Positions 48,151-61,069 of a DNA stretch of 64,000 nt are shown here, in pieces. This DNA is from Lama glama (taxonomy: Eukaryota), in assembly GCA_028534125.1 (NCBI GenBank), contig CM052816.1, positions 1,426,001-1,490,000 of the forward strand, given 5' to 3'. A program made the position numbers and the translations under genes. The notes under the pieces were generated by a model that saw nothing but the letters and a program-made list of their open reading frames with translations, was not told where the DNA came from and ran no database searches. The stretch's first letter is position 1, and each line of letters opens with the position of its first letter.

Positions 48151-50329
48151 TCATGGATATATATTACACAAATAGTACCTCTTCTCATTTGACCTTCTGT
48201 CTTTCTCTTCTCTGCCTTAACCCAAGAGACTTAGTCTTGGAAGCTTGCAGGCACCAGGGCAGGGATACAGAAAGGTGAAACAGGCCCTGTGTGCGAGAAG
48301 CAAACTGGAGAGTGAGCACTTCTTGTAAAGGGGCTGGTGTTGGTTACCCATCTCTAACTCGTGATGGCCACACACCAGCACTAGTATGGTGTGGTCAGTG
48401 GTTTTATTTTTCAAGAGAAATCGGAAAACTGTATTTTTATGTGGCATCTCACAATTTTATGCGTGCATTTACATTTTTAAAGAAAGATATTACAGAGACT
48501 AAATCAACACATCTGAGAACTATGCACAGGCCAGATGTCACATGTTTGTGACCTGGCTTTAACCCAAGAGTTCCATCTCTTCCCGGGCTTGCTCTTCAGT
48601 GTGGGCCATCAGTCAGTTCCCGTGGACTTTGCTGTTGGGCGGGGCTGTGGTTGTGGGCTTGGGTGACGTAGGGCTGGGAGACACAGGATGGGGGAAGGGA
48701 GGGCAAAGGGCGTAACTGGTGCCTGCCATCTAGGTGGGACATCTGCAGGACAGCAGACTTTTACCCCGCAGGATAAACTTTTTCTTTGCATGGGTACTGT
48801 CACTGTCACTTTCTCCACTACGTCCCATTACCAGAGGCCCCCTTCTCCTATCCACACGTCACTACAGTTCAGGCTCTAAGCACGGGAGTGAGGAGAATCT
48901 ATCCTACCAAACAGCCTAAGGCTAGGAAGGTGGATGACACCTCCTAGGAAGTCGCCATCCTCTGTGATTTCATTAGTGCTGTGGAGACACACATTTTAAC
49001 CAAGCTCAAGCCTCCTCAGTTCCATTTAGCCCAATAAATGGTCAGTTCTTTTAAGCAAAATAAAACTATCCCATGGAAAATCCAAAGATACTGCCTGTAG
49101 AAAGAGGCTTGCAGTGAAGTATCATTCCTCCTCTGTGCTAAGAGCATTTTGGTGGGTGGGTAAGTTCAAATGCAGCGCATACCCTTTGGTGGGTGAAGGC
49201 TACAGACATTTGTTTTTAGACCCTTGCTAAACGAACCTGGGGACTCCATCCCCTCAGAGCAAGTCCAGAGTCCTTGGGTCCCTGCATGACTCACGAAGGT
49301 GGCTTAATTTAAGTCTACAAACTTGGAAATCTTCATGTTTGCCTCTATGTCATCAAATTAAAAAGTTTCACCTCTGTTGAAAGGCATCAGAGAAGAGCTA
49401 ACACGGACTTTGTGCAGCGCACTGTGCACAGCCTAGAGATGCCCTTCGACGGCATGAGTCACCACCGGCCTTGGGGATGGAGAAGAAATGCCAATGAAGC
49501 CATGAATAATGGGTGCTGTGCTGACACCTCAGAAGGTTAGGGGCAGGAATTAGTTGGCAGGGAAGAAAGCAGTACGCGGGGGAGGCCAGCTAGTCTTACA
49601 GAGCTTCGGGAGCTCATTGCTGATTGGATAGCCAAGAAAAAAATGGAATTTCTTTCATTTTAAAGGAAAAAATATGGATGTGTTGGAGAGGGGGTCCTTC
49701 TTCAAGGGCAGAGAGGTGGACTTGATGGCTTACAAAAGCCCCTTCATCGTGGACAAGGGGGCTAGCAGTCAGAAATCAGTGAATGTCAGCACTTCTCCAA
49801 GCATTTTGGGCTCCTCGACGGAACGTGAAGCAGAGAGGCAGAGCCCAGCCGTGGCTACTTCCAGGTAGACCCGGACATCCAGGAGTGCTAAGGAATGTTA
49901 GGATGTGTTTCAGTCCCCACCTTTAAGATAGTAGGTGGGTCAGAAGCTATTTCCTGCCCTCTGCATAAGAAACAAGAGCTGAGGTTAAAGAGCTTGGGGT
50001 TGTGTTTCCATAGACCTTCTGATCAAATGCTTTCCTGGTGATTCATTTTAGCAAAAAATGAACATCAAGAAAATGACCAAATGCCACGCCATCTGACAGT
50101 GTCTCCAGTTGCCTGTCAGTCTAAATAAACCATAAACATCTCAGAGAGGGCAGGATTAGACGCCTGTAGACTGTCTAAGAGGAAAGGGGGTGACACCACC
50201 CCCATTGCTTCCACTATAATGGCTGTTGCTACATTATCAACTAGTATGTGTAGATGGAGGGGTTATGGGCCAGGATGAGAATGTTAATAACAACAAACAC
50301 TCATCATATGTTGCATTTTCTATGAGCAG

Positions 50330-50615
50330 GTGTGGAGATAAGTTGTGGTGTTAGGGACCAACACCTCTGGACAGAAGAGGACACAGGACTGGGCGGTGGA
50401 AAAAGTCTAACTGCAATGTTCATTTGTGTTGTCCTGCCGCAGTGTGTCCAAAAGAGCCAGGCTTCACGGTTACTGGACATGTGCCACCAGGGAAGGGCAG
50501 TCTTGGGCAAGGTGGCTGAGACAGCTCTGTGTGAGCTGGTGGCATTCACAGCAGTGGGCATGGCAAGTCCTTCATCGAAGGGAGATCTAAGTGGTACATC
50601 TCTGTGTCCTTCACA
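50330..50615 (-). mobile_element. LTR16-like ERVL LTR fragment
   Basis: Ends gggagatctaagtggtacatctctgtgtccttcaca, the reverse complement of an LTR16-type 5' end. Confidence 0.45.
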
Positions 50616-50891
50616 ACATTCAAATCTCAAACCCAGAGAAGGTCCTCTTGATGATGGGATAGTCCTGAAACAGCCTCTCAGAACCCCAAGCTATCTCTTG
50701 AGCAAGGCCAGTTGGACAAAGCAACTGAAATGTCTAAGATATAGTGAGAGCAGAACATAGCAAGAACTCAGGCTTTGGATTCAGATAGACTGGTATACAA
50801 AGTCCGCATTAATACTTACTAGCGGTGTGACTCTGGGCAGTTAACAACCTTTGCTGAGCTCCATGTCCTACTCTGTAAAATGGGCATAATA

Positions 50892-51110
50892 TGTGCTGGT
50901 CCTGGGCTTACGTGTCCTCTGATCCATGCCTTTCCCTCCCTCCTCTGTTCTGTGTAACAGGGAGCTGATCTCTGCCAGCTGTTGTTTCCAGGCTCCTGTG
51001 TTGGCTGACTTCTAGCTGGGTTTGGCCAACGGTGGGGTCTCTGGGGGCAAAAGGAGGGGCTAGTCAGGGCATTTCTCCCCTTCCTGTCAGCGTCTCCCCA
51101 GAGGGGAGAT
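50892..51110 (+). mobile_element. LTR33-like ERVL LTR fragment
   Basis: ccaggctcctgtgttggctgacttctagctgggtttggccaac. Confidence 0.6.
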
Positions 51111-51486
51111 AGTATCAACACAGTCACACTTTGAGGGGGATGTGTGTAAGTTTTAACTCTGTCGATGAGCCGGTGTCTTAACAAAGATTACTTTAGCTGA
51201 TTATCCATCACTCGTGTAGAGGACGGGACGTGGATGTGGGATGGGAATTTTGATTAGGACATGGAAAGCCGACACTGAAGAATGTCAAGGCTTCTTGAGC
51301 TGCGGGGGTCCTGATGAGCAACTGAAGTAAGGGGAGGTGTGCTGCAAGACGCTAGATGGTGGAAGAGAAGCAGAGGAGGGGACTCTGAAGCACAAGCTGA
51401 TTAAACGGCTGTTGAAGTGAAGGCTGCTATCATCACAATTCTGCAAAGAACTAAACCCTCAAAGACATTTGAAATTGGCATTCAAA

Positions 51487-51653
51487 GCATAGCACAGGGA
51501 ACTGTATTCAATATCTTGTAGTAACCTAGAGTGAAAATGAATATGAAAAGGAACCTATGTATGTACTTGGATGAATGAAACATTATGCTGTACACCAGAA
51601 ACTGACACAACATTGTGAACTGACTAAACTTCAATAAAAAAAAGGAAAAAAAA
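51487..51653 (+). mobile_element. Short lineage-specific L1 3' end
   Basis: catagcacagggaactgtattcaatatc...tacaccagaaactgacacaacattgtgaactgactaaacttcaataaaaaaaa. Confidence 0.85.
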
Positions 51654-51694
51654 TAGAACTTCATTCCAGCTGTATCACTCTATTTCTCCAAACT

Positions 51695-52142
51695 TGTAGT
51701 GAGTTGAATGGTGGCCCCTAAAAGATATGTCCCAGTTCTAACCTCAGGGACCTAGGCATATAACCTTATTGGGAAATGAGGTCTTTGAAGATGTTAAGGA
51801 TCTCAAAGTGGATCATCCTGGATTTAGAGTGAGCCCTAAACCTAATGTCTTTTTAAGAGAAGGGAGAGAGAGGACTGAGACACAGAGACGCCGGGAAGAT
51901 GGCCCTGTGAAGACGGGACAGAGATTGGAGCTTTGCTGCTACGAACCAAGGAACGCAGTGCTATCGGAAGCTGGGAGAGGCAAACACTGAACCCTCCCCT
52001 AGAGTCTCCAGAGGGAGTGTGGTCCTGTTGACACCTTGATTTCAGACTTCTGGCCTCCAGAACTGTGAGAGAATAAATTTCTGCCGTTCCAAGCCACTCG
52101 GTTTGTGGTAGTTTGTTATGGCAGCCCGAGGAAACTCATACA
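51695..52142 (+). mobile_element. MLT1C-like MaLR solo LTR, near full length
   Basis: TG...CA termini; tgtagtgagttgaatggtggcccc...cagacttctggcctccagaactgtgagagaataaatttctg...ggaaactcataca. Confidence 0.88.
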
Positions 52143-53509
52143 GACCCCAGCTTTCGGCTGCGTCGTGTCAGTGAGCTATTTTCCTGAAATCCCAGCTCTT
52201 GGCTGACCTCAGGTCTTTTATCATGTTACGTTGGACATGCATCATATTTCTATATAACGCATGCAAAGTTAGCTATTAACTTGGCAATAATTAAGAGGTA
52301 GGCTAACTGAAAGACTGGCAAGTCGGAGAGTGAGAGTGAGCTAATAGTTAAGCTGCTGGGGACGGCTTTGCCCCTTTCCACACAGTAAATGGTGAGTGCC
52401 CTCAGGAGGGTGCAGGAGGCATGGCAAGGACTGCTTCTCTCCTCCCCCATGGCCCTCACACTCTGTGTGACCCCAGCATTTAAGAATTCATGCTTTTCAT
52501 CCAACATAGCACCTCAGAACAAACTCATATATTCATCTTATGCTCGCCTGAAGCTAAGAGCAGTTGATTCCAGGACTACAGGAAACACTGGCTCTCATGG
52601 GTTTCTTGAGAGATAGCATGTCATTCTCCAATGTGGCCCCTGCTGAAGGGATTTTTATCAGCTAGTCATGGTTTTTTTTTTTTTTTTTTTGCTTTATGCA
52701 TTGGTTTTAGAACCCAAATGCTGAATAAGATTTGATTTTCCTTCAAATTCACTTTGCTTAGAATTTCTGGGCATGCTTCAACAAACCATCTTTCCAAAAA
52801 ATTCTCCCTTCAGCCCCTCATCTGTGTTGAATTTCTAGTTACTTCAAATTTCCATAACATTTCCTTCCATCTCCCTGAGGTATCTCCTTATAGGAACTTG
52901 TACACATTTTAGCTTCCCTCATAAGAGATCCTTGAGATTGGAAGCAACACATCTTTGAACCCCCCACAGGCTGGAAGGATGAATAGATGGATGGATGGAT
53001 AGACTGATGAGTTTACAGATTTTAGATTAAAATCAAATGAGAACTAGTAAGCAAAGCATCGAGAACCTGTTTACACTGACTGATGTGAGGCTTGATACAC
53101 AAATTGGGACTCAGACAGACAGATGACATCATACCCTAGCAGGTAGCTGGCTTGCTTTCTTTGCTGACTCAAAATAAGGCCAGGCATAGGGGCACCCCTT
53201 TAAACCACTGGTGCTGTGTTATGTCTGTATTATAACAGCTTCTCAAAGCACTCTTCCCGGCACCTCCCAATCTAAATGAATCCGTCTCCTCTATCATATG
53301 CTACCATGGCATCCTTTTTTTCCCTTTCATAGCAATTGTCACAGTTTGAAGCTATATTTATATTTTTGACTTTCATTTAATACCTTTTATTAAAAATATA
53401 CCAGATGGCTTTACCCTCACAAAAGGCAGGATTCATGTCTTTTTTCTTAACCTTGGTGATTTGGTGTCTAGCTCAGTGCCTGACCTGTATTACTACTGCT
53501 ACCAATGTC

Positions 53510-53710
53510 TGATCTTAATTGACTGAATATTGTGCGTCAGACACTGTTCAGAAGTGTGTTACGCAAAGCATGTCCTTTCATCTTCACAGCAACTCTATGA
53601 GCAGGAGCTGGTATTATTCCCATCTTACAGATGAGGAAACTGAGACACAGCAAAGCTAACTTGCCCACAGGCTCACAGCTAGAAAGAGTTGAGAGTTAAA
53701 CCCAGCCATG
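53510..53710 (-). mobile_element. MIR SINE
   Basis: cccatcttacagatgaggaaactgagacacag. Confidence 0.8.
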
Positions 53711-53799
53711 GCTGTTCCCAAAGTCAGGACCAGTCACTAAATATCTGTTGGACAAATGAATGAACCATCATAAATGTTACTGTGTACGGTGGGACTTCG

Positions 53800-54700
53800 G
53801 GACTCAGGACTGGGAGGATATGTATACATCTTTTGGGCTAACATCCTAGACCCTGCAGAAATGTCTCCTACAGCTACTCTGAGAGCTGGTTCTCCAGCTC
53901 CTTCTGAAACGCTTCTGCTAATGGGACTCACTGACTTTTCTAACTGAGCAACTCTTAGCTGTTGGGGTGCTCCGCCTTACACAAAGCTGAAATTCACTTC
54001 CATGGGACCCCTACCTGTGGGTACTTGTCCTGTCCTCAGTAGTTTAAAAGAATTTTAGTCTCTCCCAAACGGCTCTAATAAGATTTCCAATTAGATGACA
54101 GCTTTTGTCCTAGAAATAGCTCCAGATGCTGACCAAACTGTAGTGTATTAGTATCTTTATTAAATGGTGGTGTCCACACCTGGATACAAGACATTTAAGT
54201 GCAGGGTGGGCTTACTCTTATCTATACTCCTGGGGACTGATGTCTTACTTGTTGAATTGAAATTGAGGGATTGAATAGTGGCAATAAAAATCTCTTTACT
54301 TTATAGTCGAAAAGTTATGAAACACATCTGTATGCTCAATTTCAGTTGGTTTTCTCCACAATATAACATTGATCTGTGTTACCCTTTCGTTCAGAAGTTT
54401 AAGGGTATTAGAGCTATAAGCAATGGGAGAGGTACTCTGAGGTACAGAGTGACTGAGTGGCTTGCTTAGGGTCAAACTAGTAATAAAATTAAGGTTCCTT
54501 CTAAAATTGTACTTTCTGGAAGCCATGTCCTTCTTACTATGATCTCCCATAAACGTGGTGGATTTCCCCACCTCTGGTTATTTTTTTCAGCATGTTAATT
54601 TTTGTCAAAATTGTATTAGCAGGGAATCCCCTGTCATTGGAGGTGTGCAAACTGATAATTAGATGACGCTGGGGCAGGGATGTTGTACCCATAGCAACAG
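53800..54700. mobile_element. Ancient CR1/L3-like LINE fragments
   Basis: Degenerate motifs aaatggtggtgtccacacctggatacaa and ccctgtcattggaggtgtgcaa...cagggatgttgta. Confidence 0.35.
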
Positions 54701-55124
54701 CTGAGGCATCTAATGAATACTGGTCAAGATGATCTTTTAGGTAATGTCCAGTCTTATACCTCTGTGCCACCCACAGACTGCATAGGCATCATGTAGAATT
54801 TTAGCTGTAAATCTTTGAAGAGTTTTACCAATCAAATCATTTCTGAATATTGCAACAGTGTTTCTTACTCCCTGTAGGAGCCAAGATCATCATCCTTCAA
54901 GACTGAACACTGCCAGAAATACACAACTTTTCAACACCGATTACCAGCTCCTTGTGGGAAATTCCCAAGACTGTTGTCCAAACACAACTCATTTTTTCAT
55001 GTCTTACTCAACTTCTACCTACTCTGAACAGTCTTTCTTAAGCCTTTGAAGTAGAATGAAACTTTCTCTCCCACATATCACCCTAGTACTTTGTATCTCT
55101 CCTATAAAACTTATCAAAGTCTGC

Positions 55125-55252
55125 AAAGAATCTGAAAAGAAAAAATACGTATGTATGTATACGTATAACTGAATCACTTTGCTGTACACCTGAAACTAAC
55201 ATTGTGAATCAACTACACTTCAATAACATTTTTTAAAAAAGGAAAAAAAACC
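55125..55252 (+). mobile_element. 128-bp L1 3' end with 19-bp TSD
   Basis: aactgaatcactttgctgtacacctgaaactaacattgtgaatcaactacacttcaat; TSD aaaacttatcaaagtctgc (55106-55124) / aaaacttatccaagtctgc (55253-55271). Confidence 0.9.
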
Positions 55253-58200
55253 AAAACTTATCCAAGTCTGCCTTATATTATGTATGTTTTCTGTTTCATT
55301 CAGCAATCAGTACTGATTTATATTTTTGCCCTCTATTATTATTGTTAGCCACGTACCAAGCCAAGGACTTTACATGATTTGCCTTTTTTCCCCTTTGCGT
55401 TATTTCATTTACTCTTTGAAATGAGGCTATGAGGTAGGTGTTTATAACACCATCATTTTACAAATGAGGAAACCAAAGCTTGGTTTTTTCCTAAGATTAC
55501 ATGGTAAATTTGTGCCAAGGATTAGCTTATGAGTTCTTGGAAGACAGAGCCATGATTCTTTCTTCTTCCCAGTTCCTAGCATAGTGTTTTGTACCCAGCA
55601 GATGTTTCAAGATTTTATTTTTCTGTTGCTTATTGCCACAGACCCAGAAAATATCACATCACACTCGGTGTGGAGAAAGCCTGTGGCACCAGAGAATCAA
55701 AGCCAGGTGGATATTCTGGGCATTGGATCGAGGTGAAGCCAATCCTTAGTTTTGCACTGAGAAACTATATTATGATTGGAACTCTCTTCCACTTTCCATT
55801 GTGTGGGCACAGGAAATGCTGAAAACAAAAGGCAGGGGTCTACATTTTTTATTTTGGTCTTAAGCAGAATGAAAGGCAGAATATCACTGTCTTAGCAGTT
55901 GGTCTGAGAATTCTCTCTAGGGAGAGATTCACCTTGGTGGGGGATCAGCTCTTTGATAACAGATACAGCTCTTTGATACAGTAGAAACTTCAGGTGTATA
56001 GCATTGCTGTGCCTGAGCAAAGAGTTAGGACGTATCTGTTGGTCTGAAAAGGAAGTGGGAAATATGAAAGAGTGAGGGAGAGGGAGGGGTAGAACCAGTG
56101 AGAGGGTGAATCAGCTGGACTGGGTTGTGTATGATGTAACTGCCCTCCATAACAGTCTGCTGTTCAGTAAATTCTCGGAACCTGAGAAAATAGTTGGTAC
56201 AGATTTCTCTTGGAAGATGGGGAAAAGACTGTGTCTCAGCATGTCAGAGTAGAACGGTGACAGTGAGCCAAGTAATAGGATTTTCAAGATCGGGAAAAAG
56301 CAAAGATCTTGAGGATAGTGTAAGACTTTCCCATGCTGAGGAACATCACTGAGATCGCTAAAGTTTTGAGGGGTAACTGTCTGTCATCTGGTAAACAGCC
56401 ACAAGTGATCACATGACTAACTTGAGTTCAATTAGACAGAGAGTAAATAGACATTTTTTTGAAAACTAACCCAATGCCAGGTACTGTGCTAGACGGGACA
56501 TCATTTCTGGGTTGACTGGGAGAAATTGTGAACCTGACCTATGGGAATGCTTCCCTTATTTGTTCTGCTGATGATTCTTTCTCAGTTCTGCTGGTTGCTC
56601 ACTGGCTCCTAAGGTAATTAATACAGATTATTCTTCTAAGGGACAAGATCTCAGTCTGGGAGATTTTTTCCCCTCACGTTTCCCCATCAAAACATCCATT
56701 TACAAAGAGCTATAGGATTTCTTTGAGAGTGTTCTGAATTTAGACTTGGGAGGCCTATGAGGAAATCCCTGCTCCAGAACTTTCCAGGTGTTTGACTCAG
56801 GGCAAAGCGTTTCACTTTCGGGAGCTGAATTCATTTTGGTTTGTTTCTCTATAATGATTTCTACCTCTCTGTCACTCCATGCACTGTGAGTGGCTCAAAG
56901 GTAAGCAGCAAGTTATCTTGCCCGTATCGTTAGCACACAAGCATGGTGCTTGATGGTCAACAATGCTTGTTGAAGAAATGAATTAATGAATAAGCACATA
57001 CCCCTCCTTGCGCCTTCTGTGAAGCCTGAATAAGTTAATGAATATAAAAGAGGTTTTTAAAAAAAACTCCCATAATTTGTTTGTTTATTAGAAACCTCAT
57101 CACAGCTAGCTGCCACATTCGAAATTATAAAGCTAAACCAATTTATTTAAGTTATTAATGTTTGAGAGTTAGCTTCAGGGGTTGCCTCTGCTGGGGGATA
57201 CTAGTGTTTCTGTATGTGGATTTCAGGGAAGAGTACAATTTCCAAAGAGAATTTAATTAACTCTGGACAGAACTGATGGGCATATTGAAAAAGAGATCTT
57301 GGGACAAAGAGGGGCTTTCTTGGTTTCTTCAAGCAGGAAATAAAGCCTGCCAGCTTCAACTGTCCCCACAAACCCCATGACTACAACACCTTTCCTAAGA
57401 CTCCTGGAAGAATCAGTACAATTGTGACGGGCTGTATCTTTAACTCGGGCTCTATTTAAAATGAAGCACACGAAGGCCGTAACAAATAACCAAGCCACAT
57501 AGTGACCGCAGGAATTAGTGGTCAGTGTGGGCTGCGAACCACACGCATGACGTTTTCCTTTGGGTTTCACGCAAAAACTTCTCACAATTCCTTTTAAGTT
57601 GCGTCTGCTTTGCACAAGTGATGTTTTTCAGAGCACCATGAATGATTTATGACTTTCTGACGCTGCATCCCACAAGATTACATAAGGAACAAAGAAAAAC
57701 AAGAGATTGAGCCAATCTTAAAAAAAAAAAAACCCAAACATAAGAAAAAAAAGGTAGATTTCATGTTGGCTTGTGTCAGATGGCTGTCCTACTCACTGAA
57801 AGTGCTGGGTCATTTCAAAGTGCACCTCATTTATGTGAGAATCCCCCCGGTTTTCTTTCACTGTGGCCAGCACACTACCACCAACTTCACGTTTGGCCCT
57901 CCGCCACGTCCTGGAATGTCCAACGGCTCCGATTCCTCCCCTTCTTCCCCCAAGTGAACTTGGCAGTTGGGTTGTATAAACGGCCTCATTAGTTTGGTTG
58001 ATGATTCAACGAAAATGCTGATGGGAGTAATACCTATGAAGCCTGTCATTTCCTTAATCGTGAGACAACAGAATTTCAGAGCTCGCAGGGGCCTGGGACC
58101 ATCTATTTCTACCCGTGCTGTGTGACAGATAAAGAAACTGATGACAAGAGAGTGGAAGTGATTTGCCCAAAGCCACACAGCGAGATTAGCTCAAGCACAG

Positions 58201-58888
58201 CGACAGATGTAATCCAACCTCAGGATAGTGTAGTCCGCGCCTCTCTACCCAGAAACTCTCATCTCCTTACTTAAGTGGTAACATTGGATATTATTTTCAA
58301 ACCACAAGGGCTCTGGAATTCCTGTTGCTGACCTGTTTATGAAACCAGAGCTAATGTTGGGAAGGCGGCAAGTGCTGGCAACGCAAGGGTTTGTGTTAAA
58401 GGTTGGAGTACTGGGTAGCAGGCTGGATGGGGCAAGATGCTCACCAGAATAGTCAGGGTTGGCCAGATCACAGGGATGAGAGCTTGTTTGAAATCTGAGG
58501 TCTGGTCAGCGAGCCTTTATGCGGTATCCCATTTGAGGGGTAGGTGTGAGATGACCACCTGAAGGTGAGACCAACAGGACGAGTGGAGGTGTGACAGAGG
58601 GCAAGACGGTTGAGATGCTGGTCAGGGTGTGGGCTGTGCAGGAGTAGCGGGACCACCAGGTGGGGCAGGGGTCAACTGTTGGCTTAAGGGAACAGGATTG
58701 AGTCATGTCATTTCAAGCTTAAAGGTAAGGATTGAAAACCCACTACCCTTACCTACAAGCAAAACAAGTTACAAAACAGTATCTAGACTATAACTCCATA
58801 CATGCACAAGTTTTCCTTGACCAGTGGGATGGAGGGTACTTTGTATTTTCCTGGTTAAGAGCATGGGCTTAGGAGTCAAAAATCCTGA

Positions 58889-59444
58889 ATTTCAAAAAGA
58901 TACATGCACCCAATGTTCACAGCAGCACTGTATACAATAGCCAAGACATGGAAGCAACCTAAGTGTCCATCAACAGGTGACTGGATAAAGAAATTGTGGA
59001 GTGTATAAAATGAAATACTACTCAGCCATAAAAAAGAATAAAATAATGTTGTTTGCCACAACACGAATGGACTTGGAGATTATCATAGTAAGTGAAGTAA
59101 GCTAGAAGGAGAAAGAAAAACACCATATGATATCACTCATATGTGGAATCTAAAAAAATGACACAAATGAACTTACATACAAAACAGAAACAGATTCCCA
59201 GACATAGAAAACCAACTTATGGTTATCAGTAGGGAAAAGGGGTGGGAAGGATAAACTGGGAGTTCTGGATTTACAGATACTATTATATATAAAATAGATA
59301 AACAACAAGCACAAGGAACTATATTCAATATTTTGTCAGAACCTATCATGAAAAGGAATATCTGTGTGTATATGTATGACTGAAACATTATGCTGTGCAC
59401 CAGAAACTGACACAGTGTTGTAAACTGACTATACTTTAGTTAAA
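58889..59444 (+). mobile_element. Lineage-specific L1 3' end splitting a MIR
   Basis: L1 3' end flanked by aaaaatcctga / agaagtcctga; MIR head at 58850-58888 continues at 59456-59640. Confidence 0.9.
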
Positions 59445-59659
59445 AGAAGTCCTGACTGCTCTTTGGCTCTGCCTTTTACAAGCTGTGTGGTTCTGGGCAA
59501 GTCACTTAACCCCTGTATGTCTCAGATTTCCCAACAATAGAATAAAACCTACTTCATCAATTTGCTGTAAAGTTCTAAGAGCAAGTATATAAGACATATA
59601 GCACAGGATTCGGCACACAGTAAAGACACAAAAAACAATCACTGTATTTTTTTTTAGAC

Positions 59660-59850
59660 TTGCTCTTTGGAATCAGGTAAACCTGGATTTGAAAACTAGT
59701 TCTGCCACTTGTAAGCTCTGTGACCTCGGGCAAGTCACGAAGTCTCTGAGCCTCAGTTTCCAATCTGTAAAATGCGGATAATAATTACCACATCATGGAG
59801 GTGTTGTGAGAATTGGATGAGGTAGCATAAAGAGCTCGGCCCAATGTACC
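59660..59850 (+). mobile_element. MIR SINE
   Basis: ctctgtgacctcgggcaagtcac...ctctgagcctcagtttcc...ctgtaaaatg. Confidence 0.8.
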
Positions 59851-61069
59851 CAAAGAATATGCTGGATAAAAGGACATGAATCACTCATCTCATTGGAGAC
59901 TGAGCCAGCCCAAGCAACACACTTTCCAGGATGTAGCCAGAAAGGAAGGGGAGAAGCAGAAAGGCTCTAGGAGGGGAAGGGCTGGGACTCCCCCCCCCCA
60001 ACACCTGGGTCTGTGGGGGACAGGAAGAGAGGAAGGGCAGACTCTGCCCCAGCCGCTGACCCGTGTCTGGGCATTGTAAATGCGGCGACATTTGCTTCCA
60101 GAATCAGGCCCTCGGTGCTCTTGGAGGCGAACTTCCCCATCCCTTTGTGTCCTAGTTCCACGGAAGAGCCATCCAAGAAGGAACGTTTCCAACCAATCTT
60201 TATCAAGTAATAATAGAAGGCCTTCTGAACTCAGAAGACCACATTCATTTCAGTGTTTACTTGGGAAGATAAGAGGGGATAATAGAACCAGTCAAATGAA
60301 TTACATTTTTACAATGCACATAAACTGCTTAACTCGGGAGAAAAAAAAAAGGGAGGTATTTCTAGGGTACTGGAAGCACCAGGATGAGGTTAAAATGTTG
60401 GGTGACAGAGTCCAAGAAGTGAAAGGAAGGAAGCTTGTAAAAATGTTGACAGTGATTTTTATTTTCTTGTTTGTTAGTGTCTGTGTTGCTTGAAAAAAAA
60501 TGTTTACAGTTAGCCTGTTTTATTGAAAAGAAAAGAATGGCTAGTAAATAGCAAACTTTAAATCGACAAAAGTGAAAGCAACTGCTTGCTCCACGAGGCT
60601 CTAGTGCTAATGATACGGAGGGAAAGCCAAAGAAAGACAGGCTCACGCTGCAACACAGACAGACTGATGTCTAGAAACTTCTTTTTTAGGTGAAATCACT
60701 GTAGCTGTTTTGGATCAAAACAGCCCCTTCCTCTCCCCTCAAATCACCTTATCAAGCTAAGCATTTGGAGGGTGTAGACACGATTGTAGTCAGTAACAGA
60801 GATATCCGAGTTTTTAGTCAATTGGTGTACTGAATTATGGACTATTAGAAGTGGAAATAATTTCAGCCTTGCCATGAGGCAACTTCTTGCTGACTTGCTC
60901 CCTGCCTTGGGCCATGGGGAGGGATCTAAGAACCCTTCGAGGAGGCGCTGATGCAGTGATGTTCTCTACTGCTGCCAAAGGCCGCTTACTCTCCATCACT
61001 CCTTCTGGTTTTGAACTCTGAACTGCATCACCCTCCACTTAGCAACCACATCTTCTGTCAGTCAGTTAG

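Noticed and set aside
55946..55981. Short direct repeat cagctctttgata x2
   Set aside because: A simple local slippage duplication with no further structure.
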